Positions 1 to 9,331 of a DNA stretch of 64,000 bases are shown here, in pieces. Location: NCBI GenBank assembly GCA_963749445.1, contig CAVVMJ010000006.1:10979-74978 (forward strand), in the 5' to 3' direction. The stretch's first letter is position 1; each line of letters begins with the position of its first letter. The DNA comes from an uncultured bacterium (GTDB lineage Bacteria; Patescibacteriota; Doudnabacteria; UBA920). Under the pieces are notes generated by a model that was given only the letters and a program-made list of their open reading frames with translations, was not told the origin of the DNA and ran no database searches. A program made the translations under genes and the position numbers.

Positions 1-404
1 AGGACATTAAGGAGCTGTTCCGGGATTTGTTCACGCACACGGAATATAAGATGTTCGCGAAAAGGCTGGAAATTGCCAGGCGCTTGCTCTATCGGGAAAA
101 TTATAAAGACATCCAGAACGCCCTGAACGTGACGTCCAATACCATTTCCCGAATCAATAATGTTTTAAGCGAAAAGGGCGGCGGCTTAAGAAAGGCGCAT
201 AAAAAGTTGGAACAGCTGGAAGAAAAGCACAGGGAAAAGCAAAAAGAGACGATCAAAAATTTGGAGAACCCTTTCCGGGCCAAAATTAGACATCATGGCC
301 AGACAGTGCTTGGGCAGGCGATTAAAGCCGGCGCAATACAATTGGACAAAGTTATATCCCAAAAATTAAAGCAGCGAACGGCTCGTAAAAATTTGCCTGT
401 TTAA
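1..404 (+). CDS. YerC/YecD-like TrpR-related HTH protein. The 5' end runs off the window: the frame stays open upstream of the TTG at 27.
   Basis: Translation DIKELFRDLF..FAKRLEIARRLL..NALNVTSNTISRINNVL matches the YerC/YecD pattern (..MA.RLEVAR.L...TG.S.ATISRV). Confidence 0.55.
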   Translation, partial: DIKELFRDLFTHTEYKMFAKRLEIARRLLYRENYKDIQNALNVTSNTISRINNVLSEKGGGLRKAHKKLEQLEEKHREKQKETIKNLENPFRAKIRHHGQTVLGQAIKAGAIQLDKVISQKLKQRTARKNLPV

Positions 405-492
405 GTTTGCTATCATACACTCCCGTATGATAGTGTTTTGTTTTTTTGACGGGGGTGGACAAATAGTGGAAAATAGGGGGAAAAACAGGCAT

Positions 493-520
493 TTGACATC
501 CTGCGTGGAAAGTCTACAAT
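493..520 (+). promoter_or_regulatory. Sigma70-like promoter, TTGACA-N16-TACAAT
   Basis: TTGACA at 493-498 and TACAAT at 515-520. There is no ORF downstream before a hairpin terminator at 679-716. Confidence 0.4.
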
Positions 521-535
521 ACAGTTAAACGCTTA

Positions 536-716
536 AATAAACAGGAAAAGAAAAACAAAAAAGCCATCTTATAGGAATTTCCCAGGGATGACTTTTTATT
601 TGTCGTCTTGAGCGGCTTATGACTGCCATTAAGACCAATGTCGCAAAATACACCACAAGCGAATTATTTAACAGCCACCCCAAAAAAGGGCGTCCTTTTT
701 TGGAATTTTTTTAATG
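536..716 (+). ncRNA. Candidate small RNA of about 180 nt, bracketed by a promoter and an intrinsic terminator. Its family is unknown.
   Basis: A promoter at 493-520 and the hairpin CCCAAAAAAGGGCGTCCTTTTTTGG plus a T-run at 679-716 enclose a stretch with no credible ORF. Confidence 0.25.
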
Positions 717-1136
717 TTTTAATTTAGAATATAGGCCTAAAACCGGCATTAAATTCTACTGCTGATTCGGGGTTTATATTTTAAAAGGTCGAGCGTTCCG
801 ATTTATCGGGACGGGAAAATATAAAGAGCCCCGCGTTTGCTTGTAACAAACGCAGAGCCCAAACTTTAGAGCAGCGCCGCTATAAACTTTCGTGGTTTTT
901 AGTATGCGCGTCTCTATAAAGTAATACGCAAAAAGCGTATAAAACGGTTCAAACAAAAATTCGCCTGCGTTAGGCCCCCAAAATGGGGCCGAGCACAATC
1001 ATATTTAATGATAGTGGTTGCTCCACATTGGGGGCTTTGAAAAAAGTTCCCCAAATAATCAAAAAAATTATTCGGAGGTTTAGGCAGGCAAACAGGATAA
1101 CGATTAATAATTCACAATTAACGATTAACAACAATT

Positions 1137-2114
1137 ATGAAAAAAATCTTAATCAGCTTTAGTACAATTGCTTTGGTCGCAATACTGGCCGTCGGCGCCA
1201 CCAGGTCATACTTCAGCGCCACCCAGACTTCCACCGGCAATACCATTACCGCTGGAACAATTGCTATTTCTGTTGATGACCAAAATCCCTGGACTAAAAC
1301 TTACTCCCAGAACTTACTGGATATGAAGCCAGGGATGACCAGAACGATTACTTTTGTGGTTAAAAACACAGGTACAAACCCGGTTGTTTTAAGAAAACAA
1401 GTCGGCGGATTTGAATTGGGTGGTACGTTGACTTCAGGTTATTGCACTGCAAACGGTGGTATCACGAGTGGGTCTGCTTGTCTTAATGCAAGCACGACTC
1501 CACCTCAAGATTTATCCAATGTCATGACTTACGACATGACTGTTACTTCAGCTAGTGGCACAACCGTAATGATCCCAGATTCGTGGAATGTAAAAATGAG
1601 CGATATCAAAGATCTTTGGATTCCATTGGGCACACTTCAACCTAACGATACGCTTTCTGTTACACAGAGCTATCATTTTGACGAAGCAACAGGCAACTGG
1701 GCACAGGGCGACACCTTGGCCTTCAATATCAGCTTGTATGCTGAACAAGTAGGTGGAGTTGGTCCTAACACAATCGCTGGTGTAGTATTGGACAACAAAG
1801 ATACTACTTCCTGGGCTTCTTTAGTTGACGGAACACTGGGTATTTTGAGATGGGATGCTACTACTGGAGCTTACACACTGAAAGCGTTCGGCCTAACTAA
1901 CGGCTTAACTTATGGAGTGGCTTATTGGAACGGTTCAACCGAAACTCTCATCGACGCCGTCTCCGGAGCACCCACTAGCGGCCAACTGACTCTTTCAGGA
2001 ACTTATGCCGCGTTCAACACTAATTCCAAGGCTAAATATTGGCTAAGACCTATTCCTTGGACATCAACTAGCGACGTAAACACTCTTTGGGAAGATAACT
2101 TAGTCCATCAATAA
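1137..2114 (+). CDS. TasA/camelysin-like secreted protein with a SipW-cognate signal peptide
   Basis: N-terminal hydrophobic segment followed by TRSYFSATQTSTGNTITAGT, the signature motif of SipW-cognate signal peptides. Confidence 0.6.
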   Translation: MKKILISFSTIALVAILAVGATRSYFSATQTSTGNTITAGTIAISVDDQNPWTKTYSQNLLDMKPGMTRTITFVVKNTGTNPVVLRKQVGGFELGGTLTSGYCTANGGITSGSACLNASTTPPQDLSNVMTYDMTVTSASGTTVMIPDSWNVKMSDIKDLWIPLGTLQPNDTLSVTQSYHFDEATGNWAQGDTLAFNISLYAEQVGGVGPNTIAGVVLDNKDTTSWASLVDGTLGILRWDATTGAYTLKAFGLTNGLTYGVAYWNGSTETLIDAVSGAPTSGQLTLSGTYAAFNTNSKAKYWLRPIPWTSTSDVNTLWEDNLVHQ

Positions 2115-2182
2115 TTATCTGATTTAAGTTCTTTCCACCCAGCCCCTGCGCGCAAGGGCTGGGGAATAAGCACTTAAAAAAT

Positions 2183-2773
2183 TTGATAATGGCAAATAAA
2201 TTCTTTAAAGTTTTATATTGCGTATTTTTTACCGTTATTGGAGTAATCGCTTTAATCCTGATTTTATCCGCCGTACCGGGCAAGAATATGCCCAAGACTT
2301 TTGTGGTTTTGTCTGGGTCTATGCAGCCGGCCATTAAGACGGGAAGCGTGGTGTTGGTCTGGCCGGTGAGCCAATATAAAATCGGGGATGTTATTACTTT
2401 TGGCCCCAATACCGGCACGCAAATCCCGACCACGCACCGGATTGTGGAAATGCGGGCGCAAACCGGCCAGCCGGTTTATGTAACCAGGGGCGATGCCAAT
2501 AACGCGGTTGACCAAAGGGAAGTGTCCGGCAAAGACATTTTAGGCAAAGTCCATTTGGCGGTCCCTTATATCGGTTATGCCGTAGATTTTGCCAAAAAGC
2601 CGGTTGGGCTTATGTTGATAATTATTGTTCCGGCCGTGATTATTATTTATGATGAATTAAGGAAAATAGTCGAGGAAGCCGCGAGAATAAAGAAAAAGAA
2701 AAAAGCAGGCGCTTTAGGCATGCCGGAAGAAATGCTACCGGCAGGATTAAAGCCGGAAGATAAAAAAGAGTAA
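2183..2773 (+). CDS. sipW: Signal peptidase I, SipW type (S26B, archaeal/ER-like)
   Basis: An N-terminal TM helix followed by VLSGSMQPAIKTGSVVLV, which carries the catalytic Ser. It sits between two SipW-cognate substrate genes. Confidence 0.7.
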   Translation: MIMANKFFKVLYCVFFTVIGVIALILILSAVPGKNMPKTFVVLSGSMQPAIKTGSVVLVWPVSQYKIGDVITFGPNTGTQIPTTHRIVEMRAQTGQPVYVTRGDANNAVDQREVSGKDILGKVHLAVPYIGYAVDFAKKPVGLMLIIIVPAVIIIYDELRKIVEEAARIKKKKKAGALGMPEEMLPAGLKPEDKKE

Positions 2774-2779
2774 ATTTTT

Positions 2780-5041
2780 ATGCGAGTTAAGATCAGAAAA
2801 TATAACCGTGACAAATTAGGGCGATTTAAGGCTGTTCGGCCCATGCGTTTGGATTTTAATTTTGCCAAAAAATTCGCGGTAGCGGTTTTGGTTTTTGGCC
2901 TGATGCTGCAGGGCGGCGGTTTTGCTATATTAAAAACTTCTGCCTATTTTAGCGACAGCGCGACATCTTCCGCCAATACTTTAACCGCCGGGACTTTGCA
3001 GTACGTTTTGTCTGGTTCGGATTTTTCACCGGCGACAATTAAAAAGGGCGAAACATCCGCCCGGGTAGTGGATATTTCCAATACCGGCAGTTTGGGTTTT
3101 AAATATGTAGCCAGCGCGGCCGATTTTGGCGCAGATACGGACTTATGCGATGCGCTGACGTTGCAGGCCGATTTGGCGACTACAACGGTGTACAGCGGAT
3201 TGTTGCAGAATTTTGTCGCCGCCACCACGACTTTTGACAACCTGTCGCCGGATTGGCATTTTACTGTCAGCTTGCCGGCGTCGGCTTCCGATTCTTTGCA
3301 AGACAAATCCTGCGGTTTTAAATTTATTTACAGCGGCTGGCAGGAAAATTTTTCCGGCCCGGCATCGGGTTTTACCGACGTGCAGGAAACTTCCAGCGTC
3401 ATAAATTCCGGGCATTGGGTAACGCCCCAGCCGGGCGATATTGACCCGTCGCCGATTATTGACGCCACCGTGAACCAGGCGAATCCGGCCAATAATTACG
3501 GCAGTATTTGCCACCTGAGCGTCGAGTCGCGAAACACCAACAAGAACCAACGCAGTTTTATCCGTTTTAATTTTAATTTGCCTGTTACCACAACCATCAA
3601 CTCCGCAAGCCTGGATTTGTTCATGAGTTCCGCCCCCGCGAGCTCGCGTACCTACCAATTAAAGCGGGCTTTAAGTTCCTGGGATGAATTGGGTATTACT
3701 TGGGATAACCAGCCGGCATCCGGCACAGTTGTGTCAAGCGCCACGACCGGAACCGCTGACAATCAATTGCTGGCTTGGGATGTTAAGACCGACGTGCAAA
3801 ATTTTGTAACTTCCCCGTCCGACAATTACGGCTGGGTTATCGGCGAAAGCAGCGAAGATGCAGGCGGCACCGGTTTTAACGCTTCCTTTGTCTCCCGCAA
3901 TGCCGCAGCGACCAATCCCGATCATCGGCCGCTGCTGCAAATCAACTTTACCGTTCCTCCGGCCGCTACCGATCATATGGTCATCAACGAAGTTTATCCC
4001 AATATCGGCCCGGGCAAAGGCAACGACCCGCGCGATGAGTGGGTGGAAATTTATAATCCCACTGCCGCGCCCCTGACCATGGCAGACTGGAAAATTTGCG
4101 ATAATACCAGTTGTGACGCTTTGCCGACCACCACTTTGCCTTCGTTAGGCTTTGGGGTAATCATTACCAGCACCTCGCAAGTTACCGGCAATTGGTCAAT
4201 CCCAAGCGGCGCCGCAATTATATATTTGGACAATACCACCATCGGTAACGGGTTGAGCAATACCGGTGATCGCGTGGAATTAAAAGATGCGGGCGGTAAT
4301 TTGGTTGACGCCATGAGTTATGGTACGGACCACACTTATTTTTCCACTTTAGCTGCGCCGCAGAGCGGAAATTCTTTGGCCCGTGTTGTCAAAGGCTATG
4401 ATACGGACAGCGCGGTAGACTGGGTGGAGAGCGCCACGCCCAATCCAGGGACTAATCCGGGTTTAATCGCAAGCGGTGACGGCAGCGAAGTTATCCGTTT
4501 TACTTCGGATGGGATTATGATAGCGGCCAATCAAAGCGATTTGCCTGCGATTGACGCCGGCACGGATCAGGCGCAAAATGCGCCGTCTTTGGACGAACCG
4601 GATGGTTCTTCCGTTTTGCCTGCAGCGGTTTCGGCAGATATGTCGGGATCGGGTGATAATGCGTTGTGTTCGGGAGGCACGCCTTCCGCAGACGATTTAC
4701 CTGTAAGCCCATCGCCAAGCGCTGTTCCTGATACCGCCGGCGGCCAAGGCCAAGATATCGTTGCGCCGCCTGGAGATCCTGTTTCGCCGGCTTCGGACGC
4801 GCCTGATCAAAAAAGCGGTTCAAACACCGGCGATGCAAATAACACGCCGCAAACCGATCAGTCTCCGGCCGTTGAACCTCCGGCGCAGGACATTGTTTCT
4901 CCGGACCCGCCTGCTGTTGTAACGGCATCCCCATCAGCCGAACCTGAGCAAATAATTCTCGCTCCGGCGGCAGTAGAACCCCTGGCCGCACCGGCGCCAG
5001 CACAGCCGGAGCTGCAGACGACTTCGGGAGGAGATGAATAA
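2780..5041 (+). CDS. Large secreted protein with a SipW-cognate signal (LKTSAYFSDSATSSANTLTAGTL), a DNRLRE-like region, a lamin-tail domain and a Pro/Ala-rich C-terminal tail. The true start is probably the internal Met near 2843.
   Basis: Lamin-tail domain signature MVINEVYPN..DEWVEIYNPT..GDRVELKDAGGNLVD. Low-complexity PAxxP tail. Confidence 0.55.
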   Translation: MRVKIRKYNRDKLGRFKAVRPMRLDFNFAKKFAVAVLVFGLMLQGGGFAILKTSAYFSDSATSSANTLTAGTLQYVLSGSDFSPATIKKGETSARVVDISNTGSLGFKYVASAADFGADTDLCDALTLQADLATTTVYSGLLQNFVAATTTFDNLSPDWHFTVSLPASASDSLQDKSCGFKFIYSGWQENFSGPASGFTDVQETSSVINSGHWVTPQPGDIDPSPIIDATVNQANPANNYGSICHLSVESRNTNKNQRSFIRFNFNLPVTTTINSASLDLFMSSAPASSRTYQLKRALSSWDELGITWDNQPASGTVVSSATTGTADNQLLAWDVKTDVQNFVTSPSDNYGWVIGESSEDAGGTGFNASFVSRNAAATNPDHRPLLQINFTVPPAATDHMVINEVYPNIGPGKGNDPRDEWVEIYNPTAAPLTMADWKICDNTSCDALPTTTLPSLGFGVIITSTSQVTGNWSIPSGAAIIYLDNTTIGNGLSNTGDRVELKDAGGNLVDAMSYGTDHTYFSTLAAPQSGNSLARVVKGYDTDSAVDWVESATPNPGTNPGLIASGDGSEVIRFTSDGIMIAANQSDLPAIDAGTDQAQNAPSLDEPDGSSVLPAAVSADMSGSGDNALCSGGTPSADDLPVSPSPSAVPDTAGGQGQDIVAPPGDPVSPASDAPDQKSGSNTGDANNTPQTDQSPAVEPPAQDIVSPDPPAVVTASPSAEPEQIILAPAAVEPLAAPAPAQPELQTTSGGDE

Positions 5042-6365
5042 TATGAAGCTATTATTTATTAAAAAAGTATTATTCGGCGCGGCAGTTGCAGGCGGTTTAA
5101 TGCTTGCGTTGCCGGCTTTGGCCCAAACGCCCCCACCGGATTTGCAAGTGGTGTTTAACCCGAATCCGTTGTTCAGCCAGGTGAATTTCGCGCCCGGGCA
5201 GACTACGACCGGCAGTATCCATGTAACAAACAATACCGCGCAGACGCAAAAAGCGCAGATTGAAGCCGTCAATCAAATCAATGCCGGCGGTTTGGCCGAA
5301 CAGTTTGATTTTGTCGTCAAGCTGAACGGGAATACTTTGTATGAAAAAACTTTAAAGGAATTTTTTGACGCCGGGCAGGTGTATTTGTCCGATGTGGCGA
5401 GCGGCGCGACCGTGCAATACGACCTTAGCGTGACTTTTAAGCCCGAAGCCAATAATGATTTTCAGGGAAAGACAGTCGGTTTTGATTTGGATGCGGGCTT
5501 TTTGGGTCAGGAGGGCATAACGCCGCCGACTAATCCTGGTTCTTACGGCGGCGGCGGGGGAGTGTCCGGCGGTCTGCCGCAAGGGCTTTCTATTTACGAA
5601 GATAAAATTATAGCTACGGTAACCGGCCCGACCACGGCAACCATCAGCTGGACCACCAGCTACGATTCCACCAGCCAGGTGGTTTACGCTTCCGACGCCG
5701 AGTTTCCCTCCGTAACTTTTGTGGTCAGTCCTCCGGATTTTGGTTATCCGCATTATACTGCGGATGATTTAACCAAGGTAACGTCGCATATCGTATTTTT
5801 GACCGGTTTGATTCCAAGCACGCATTATCATTTTCGCGTAATTTCCCACGCCTCGCCTCCCACGGTCAGTTTTGACCACTCTTTTACCACCTGGCCGGTG
5901 GGGCTTACCGTACCCAACCCAACCGTGGCCGGAGCGGAAACCGCCGCGCCCCCTTTGGGACAGATTGACGGAGCCGCGTCCACCAGGGGAAATTTATTAG
6001 CCGCGGCCGGCGGAAACGGCGGGCAGGCATCGCAGCCGTCCGGCGAAGTCTTGGGAGTGGCAACTGCACCGCCGGCCAATCCGGCTTCCGAAATTTGCAT
6101 TAAAAATCCGCTATGGGATTTTGGTTATTTGGTTTACGCCCTGTTGCTGTTAATCGGCTTGGCGTTTTATAAAAAATTGAGTTTCAAAAATTATTCTTCG
6201 GGCGCCGCCGCAGCCGCCTTAGCCGCGCTGCTTTGGTGGTGGTTTGAGCCGTGTCCGCGGCACTTGTGGTTGTGGCCGGCGGCCATATTAGCCGCAGCCG
6301 TGATTGCCGTTTTTATGGCGTGGCTGCTGGCAAAAAAAATCGCGCCCAACCCACCCCCAACATAA
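5034..6365 (+). CDS. Secreted protein with a signal peptide, an FN3/Ig-like region and a C-terminal TM anchor. It overlaps the upstream gene by 8 nt, suggesting an operon.
   Basis: N-terminal AVAGGLMLALPALAQ and C-terminal hydrophobic helices. Confidence 0.45.
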   Translation: MNNMKLLFIKKVLFGAAVAGGLMLALPALAQTPPPDLQVVFNPNPLFSQVNFAPGQTTTGSIHVTNNTAQTQKAQIEAVNQINAGGLAEQFDFVVKLNGNTLYEKTLKEFFDAGQVYLSDVASGATVQYDLSVTFKPEANNDFQGKTVGFDLDAGFLGQEGITPPTNPGSYGGGGGVSGGLPQGLSIYEDKIIATVTGPTTATISWTTSYDSTSQVVYASDAEFPSVTFVVSPPDFGYPHYTADDLTKVTSHIVFLTGLIPSTHYHFRVISHASPPTVSFDHSFTTWPVGLTVPNPTVAGAETAAPPLGQIDGAASTRGNLLAAAGGNGGQASQPSGEVLGVATAPPANPASEICIKNPLWDFGYLVYALLLLIGLAFYKKLSFKNYSSGAAAAALAALLWWWFEPCPRHLWLWPAAILAAAVIAVFMAWLLAKKIAPNPPPT

Positions 6366-6407
6366 TAGACCCAGGACACCTTCCTATTGGATATTAAACC
6401 TCTTAAA

Positions 6408-6436
6408 ATCTCCCTTATAAAAGGGAGATTTTATTA
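6408..6436 (+). terminator. Intrinsic terminator hairpin
   Basis: ATCTCCCTT-ATAAA-AGGGAGAT followed by TTTATT. Confidence 0.5.
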
Positions 6437-6446
6437 TGCTGATTAT

Positions 6447-6475
6447 TTGACATAGTATATAGTTTATGCTATACT
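6447..6475 (+). promoter_or_regulatory. Promoter, TTGACA-N17-TATACT. The promoter at 13986 shares its extended -10 region, TATACTAGTAGTAA.
   Basis: Read directly from the sequence; it lies upstream of the 6571 gene. Confidence 0.45.
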
Positions 6476-6570
6476 AGTAGTAATTAAATTTCCTAGCTAA
6501 ATTTTACCCTTCGACTCCGGCCTGCCAAACAGGCCTACGCTCAGGGTGAATTTATTTAAAAAATAAATTC

Positions 6571-7659
6571 ATGGGCATTTTAGATACCATCATTCATACC
6601 AAACAAAGCGAATCCCGGGCGGATTTTAAAGCCGCGGACATCGTTAAGGAATTGCTGGCCCAGCTTAAGGAGCGCGACCGGCAGATTTTGCTTAACCGCT
6701 ATGGCTTGGAAGGCAATTCCACCAAAACTTTGGCTGCCATAGGCTCAGAGCAAAACCTCACCCGCGAGCGCGTCCGCCAGATTGAAAAGGATTTGCTCAA
6801 ACACTTAAGGAAAGGCGGCGGCGCCGTGCCGGCTTTTAAGCAGGCCAAAGACTTTTTATTGGACATCATTACGGAACACGGCCGGATTATTGCCGAGGAA
6901 AATTTGCTTTTGTATTTAAACGTCCAGGATGAAAGGGAAAAGAACGCCGTGATTTTTTTGCTGCACTTGATTGAGGAACTGGAACATTTTATCCACGACA
7001 ACTACAAAAAGAGCTGGGTGGCAACGCTGTTTAATCAACAGCTGCTCCACGATTTTACCTCCGAAAGCAAAAAAATCCTGGACGAACACAAACTGCCTTT
7101 GGCCACGGAACAATTCCTGGAGCATTTTAAGCAAACCGAGTTTTACCGCCAAAACAGTTCGGAGCTCAGTGATAAAGTTATTTTGAACTTTTTGGATTTG
7201 GCGATTGATATTGAAAAAAACGTTTTTGGCGCCTGGGGACTGGCTTATTGGAAGGAAATCACGCCCAAGGATGTCGGCGACAAAGCTTATTTGGTGATGA
7301 AGCACCACGGCAAGCCGGAGCATTATTCCGGCATTACCGGGATGATCAACAAGTATAAATTTGACGGCCGCACGGCCTACAAAGAAACCGTGCATAACGA
7401 GCTGATTAAGGACAAACGGTTCATTTTAATCGGCCGCGGCATTTACGCCTTGGCGGAATGGGGCTATAAGCCCGGCGTGGTCTCCGACGTCATTGCCGAA
7501 GTCCTCAAAACCGCCGGCAAGCCCTTAAGCCGCGACCAGATCATTGACGAAGTGCTGAAAAAGCGCATGGTCAAAAAAAATACCATTTTGGTCGGCCTGT
7601 CCAACAAGAAATTATTCCGCAAAGCCGCCAAAAACGTTTACGCTTTAGCGGCAGATTAA
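6571..7659 (+). CDS. Sigma-70 region-4-like HTH domain protein
   Basis: LLNRYGLEG..KTLAAIGSEQNLTRERVRQIEKDLLKHLR matches the sigma70 region 4 pattern. Confidence 0.5.
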   Translation: MGILDTIIHTKQSESRADFKAADIVKELLAQLKERDRQILLNRYGLEGNSTKTLAAIGSEQNLTRERVRQIEKDLLKHLRKGGGAVPAFKQAKDFLLDIITEHGRIIAEENLLLYLNVQDEREKNAVIFLLHLIEELEHFIHDNYKKSWVATLFNQQLLHDFTSESKKILDEHKLPLATEQFLEHFKQTEFYRQNSSELSDKVILNFLDLAIDIEKNVFGAWGLAYWKEITPKDVGDKAYLVMKHHGKPEHYSGITGMINKYKFDGRTAYKETVHNELIKDKRFILIGRGIYALAEWGYKPGVVSDVIAEVLKTAGKPLSRDQIIDEVLKKRMVKKNTILVGLSNKKLFRKAAKNVYALAAD

Positions 7660-7676
7660 GTATCCCCAGTTTACAA

Positions 7677-7760
7677 TCGTATTTCAACTTTATTTCTATC
7701 ATATTTCAACCGTATTTTCTGATATACGATAGAAATACAATGGAAATATTAAATTACCAT
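7677..7760. repeat. Array of TAGAAATA/TATTTCTA-type inverted repeats (member A). Related copies sit at 9244, 25820 and 26236.
   Basis: cgtatttcaactttatttctatcatatttcaaccgtatt ... atacgatagaaatacaatggaaata. Confidence 0.5.
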
Positions 7761-7884
7761 TGAGACAAAAAGTAAATTCACCCGCCAAAACTTTGCGAAA
7801 AATGTTTTTGAATCTGAATACTAAATTGCATCCGTTAAAAATTAACTACGCCCAAAATAACTGGGCAAAGTTTAAGGCGGGTAA

Positions 7885-9231
7885 ATGAGCGGATTGTTTC
7901 CCGATTTTTCAGTGATTTTTAAAATTTTCAGCCAGTTCCTGGTATTTTACTACGGCTGGGTGTTTTTTGTTTTAGGCTTGGTTTACATGCTCTGGCGCCT
8001 TTACCGCACGGAAATTATGATGCAGCACTGGCGCAAACAAAAATGGGTTTTTTTAAGCATCAAAGTGCCCAGGGACAACCGCGTCAGCACCGTTGGCGTA
8101 GACAACATTTTTTCCCAGCTGCATTCTTTGCAGGTCAACAAAACTTTTATGGAAAAATACGTGGAAGGGCAATTATTCCAGCTGTGGTACAGTTTTGAGC
8201 TGGTCAGCATGGGCGGCAAAATTTCGTTTATCATCCGTTCCCCGGAACGGATGCGGCACAACGTGGAAGCGGCGATTTATTCCCAATACCCGACGGCCGA
8301 AATCAGCGAAGTCGCCGATTATATGGAAAACATTAACTACAATCCGGACAAGCCCGGGGACTTTGACATTTTCGGCACGGAATGGAAATTGGACCAGAGC
8401 GACGTCATTCCCATAAAAACCTACACGGATTTTGAGCACCCCGCGGCCGACGAAAAAATCCTGGATCCGCTCAGCCACATGTTTGAAAGTTTGGCCAAAA
8501 TGGAACCACACGAATTTTTCGGCGTGCAAATTCTTGCCATGCCCCTGGCCGACGAGGAGTGGAAACTCAAGTCCGAAACGAAAATTAAGGAACTGACCGG
8601 GGAAGAAATGCCCCATCAGCGCACCCTTGCCGGCGTGCTTTTGGCGCCGTTCGGAATCCTCGGAGGCAAGACCGCCATCCAGGCTTTCCGCGGCGGCGAC
8701 AGCCACGGCCACGGCCCGCATCCCAACGAGCAGCAAAACAAGCCGCGCAACAACTGGCTGTCCATGACCGAAGCGGAAAAAATGCGCGTGACTTTAATAG
8801 AAAATAAAGCCAATAAACCCGGCTACCGGACTAAAATCAGATTTCTGTATATTGCCCCCAAAGACAGGTTTGACCGGAGCAAGCCGTTTATGGTGGTGGG
8901 CGCTTATCGGCCCTTTTCCGCGCCGATGTACAATAAAGTCAAACCGGACATCCACACCACCTGGACGCACATTGACGCTTACATTTCCCCAACCCTGGAA
9001 AGGCCGGTTTTGGAATGGAAGCTCAAATACAAAAAACGCTGGCTGTTCAAGGGTTATAAAAAACGCGACTGGGATGTTGGCAGTCCGCTGTTTATTTTAA
9101 ATACGGAAGAATTGGCCACGCTTTACCATTTCCCGATTACCACGGAAACCACGACCGTGCATCCGGCCATTGAACAGACCTTAAGCAAGACCAGCCAGCC
9201 GCCGGCCAACTTGCCGATTGCGGAAATGTAG
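7885..9231 (+). CDS. Membrane protein with an N-terminal TM helix, encoded immediately upstream of the T4CP-like ATPase. Function unknown.
   Basis: 448-aa ORF bracketed by the TAGAAATA repeat arrays. Confidence 0.4.
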   Translation: MSGLFPDFSVIFKIFSQFLVFYYGWVFFVLGLVYMLWRLYRTEIMMQHWRKQKWVFLSIKVPRDNRVSTVGVDNIFSQLHSLQVNKTFMEKYVEGQLFQLWYSFELVSMGGKISFIIRSPERMRHNVEAAIYSQYPTAEISEVADYMENINYNPDKPGDFDIFGTEWKLDQSDVIPIKTYTDFEHPAADEKILDPLSHMFESLAKMEPHEFFGVQILAMPLADEEWKLKSETKIKELTGEEMPHQRTLAGVLLAPFGILGGKTAIQAFRGGDSHGHGPHPNEQQNKPRNNWLSMTEAEKMRVTLIENKANKPGYRTKIRFLYIAPKDRFDRSKPFMVVGAYRPFSAPMYNKVKPDIHTTWTHIDAYISPTLERPVLEWKLKYKKRWLFKGYKKRDWDVGSPLFILNTEELATLYHFPITTETTTVHPAIEQTLSKTSQPPANLPIAEM

Positions 9232-9243
9232 TTAATATCAACC

Positions 9244-9331
9244 TTATTTCTACTTATTTCGCGAAGCGTATTTCTATTGTGTTTCTGAAATACGGTTGAA
9301 ATAGAGTAGAAATAAAATAGAAATATATTGC
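9244..9331. repeat. TAGAAATA-type inverted-repeat array (member B). It ends in the conserved block ATACGGTTGAAATA..AAATAGAAATATATTGCATGC, which directly abuts the ATG at 9332.
   Basis: The same block precedes the ATG of the four-helix-bundle gene at 25853. Confidence 0.55.

Noticed and set aside
3143-5003. Long minus-strand ORFs (3143-3658, 4515-5003, 8173-8736, 9254-9952, 20930-21460) overlapping large plus-strand genes.
   Set aside because: They lie antisense to well-supported genes in GC-rich, low-stop-codon sequence. Their translations are Arg/Gly/Ala-rich with no domain signal. They are treated as shadow ORFs.
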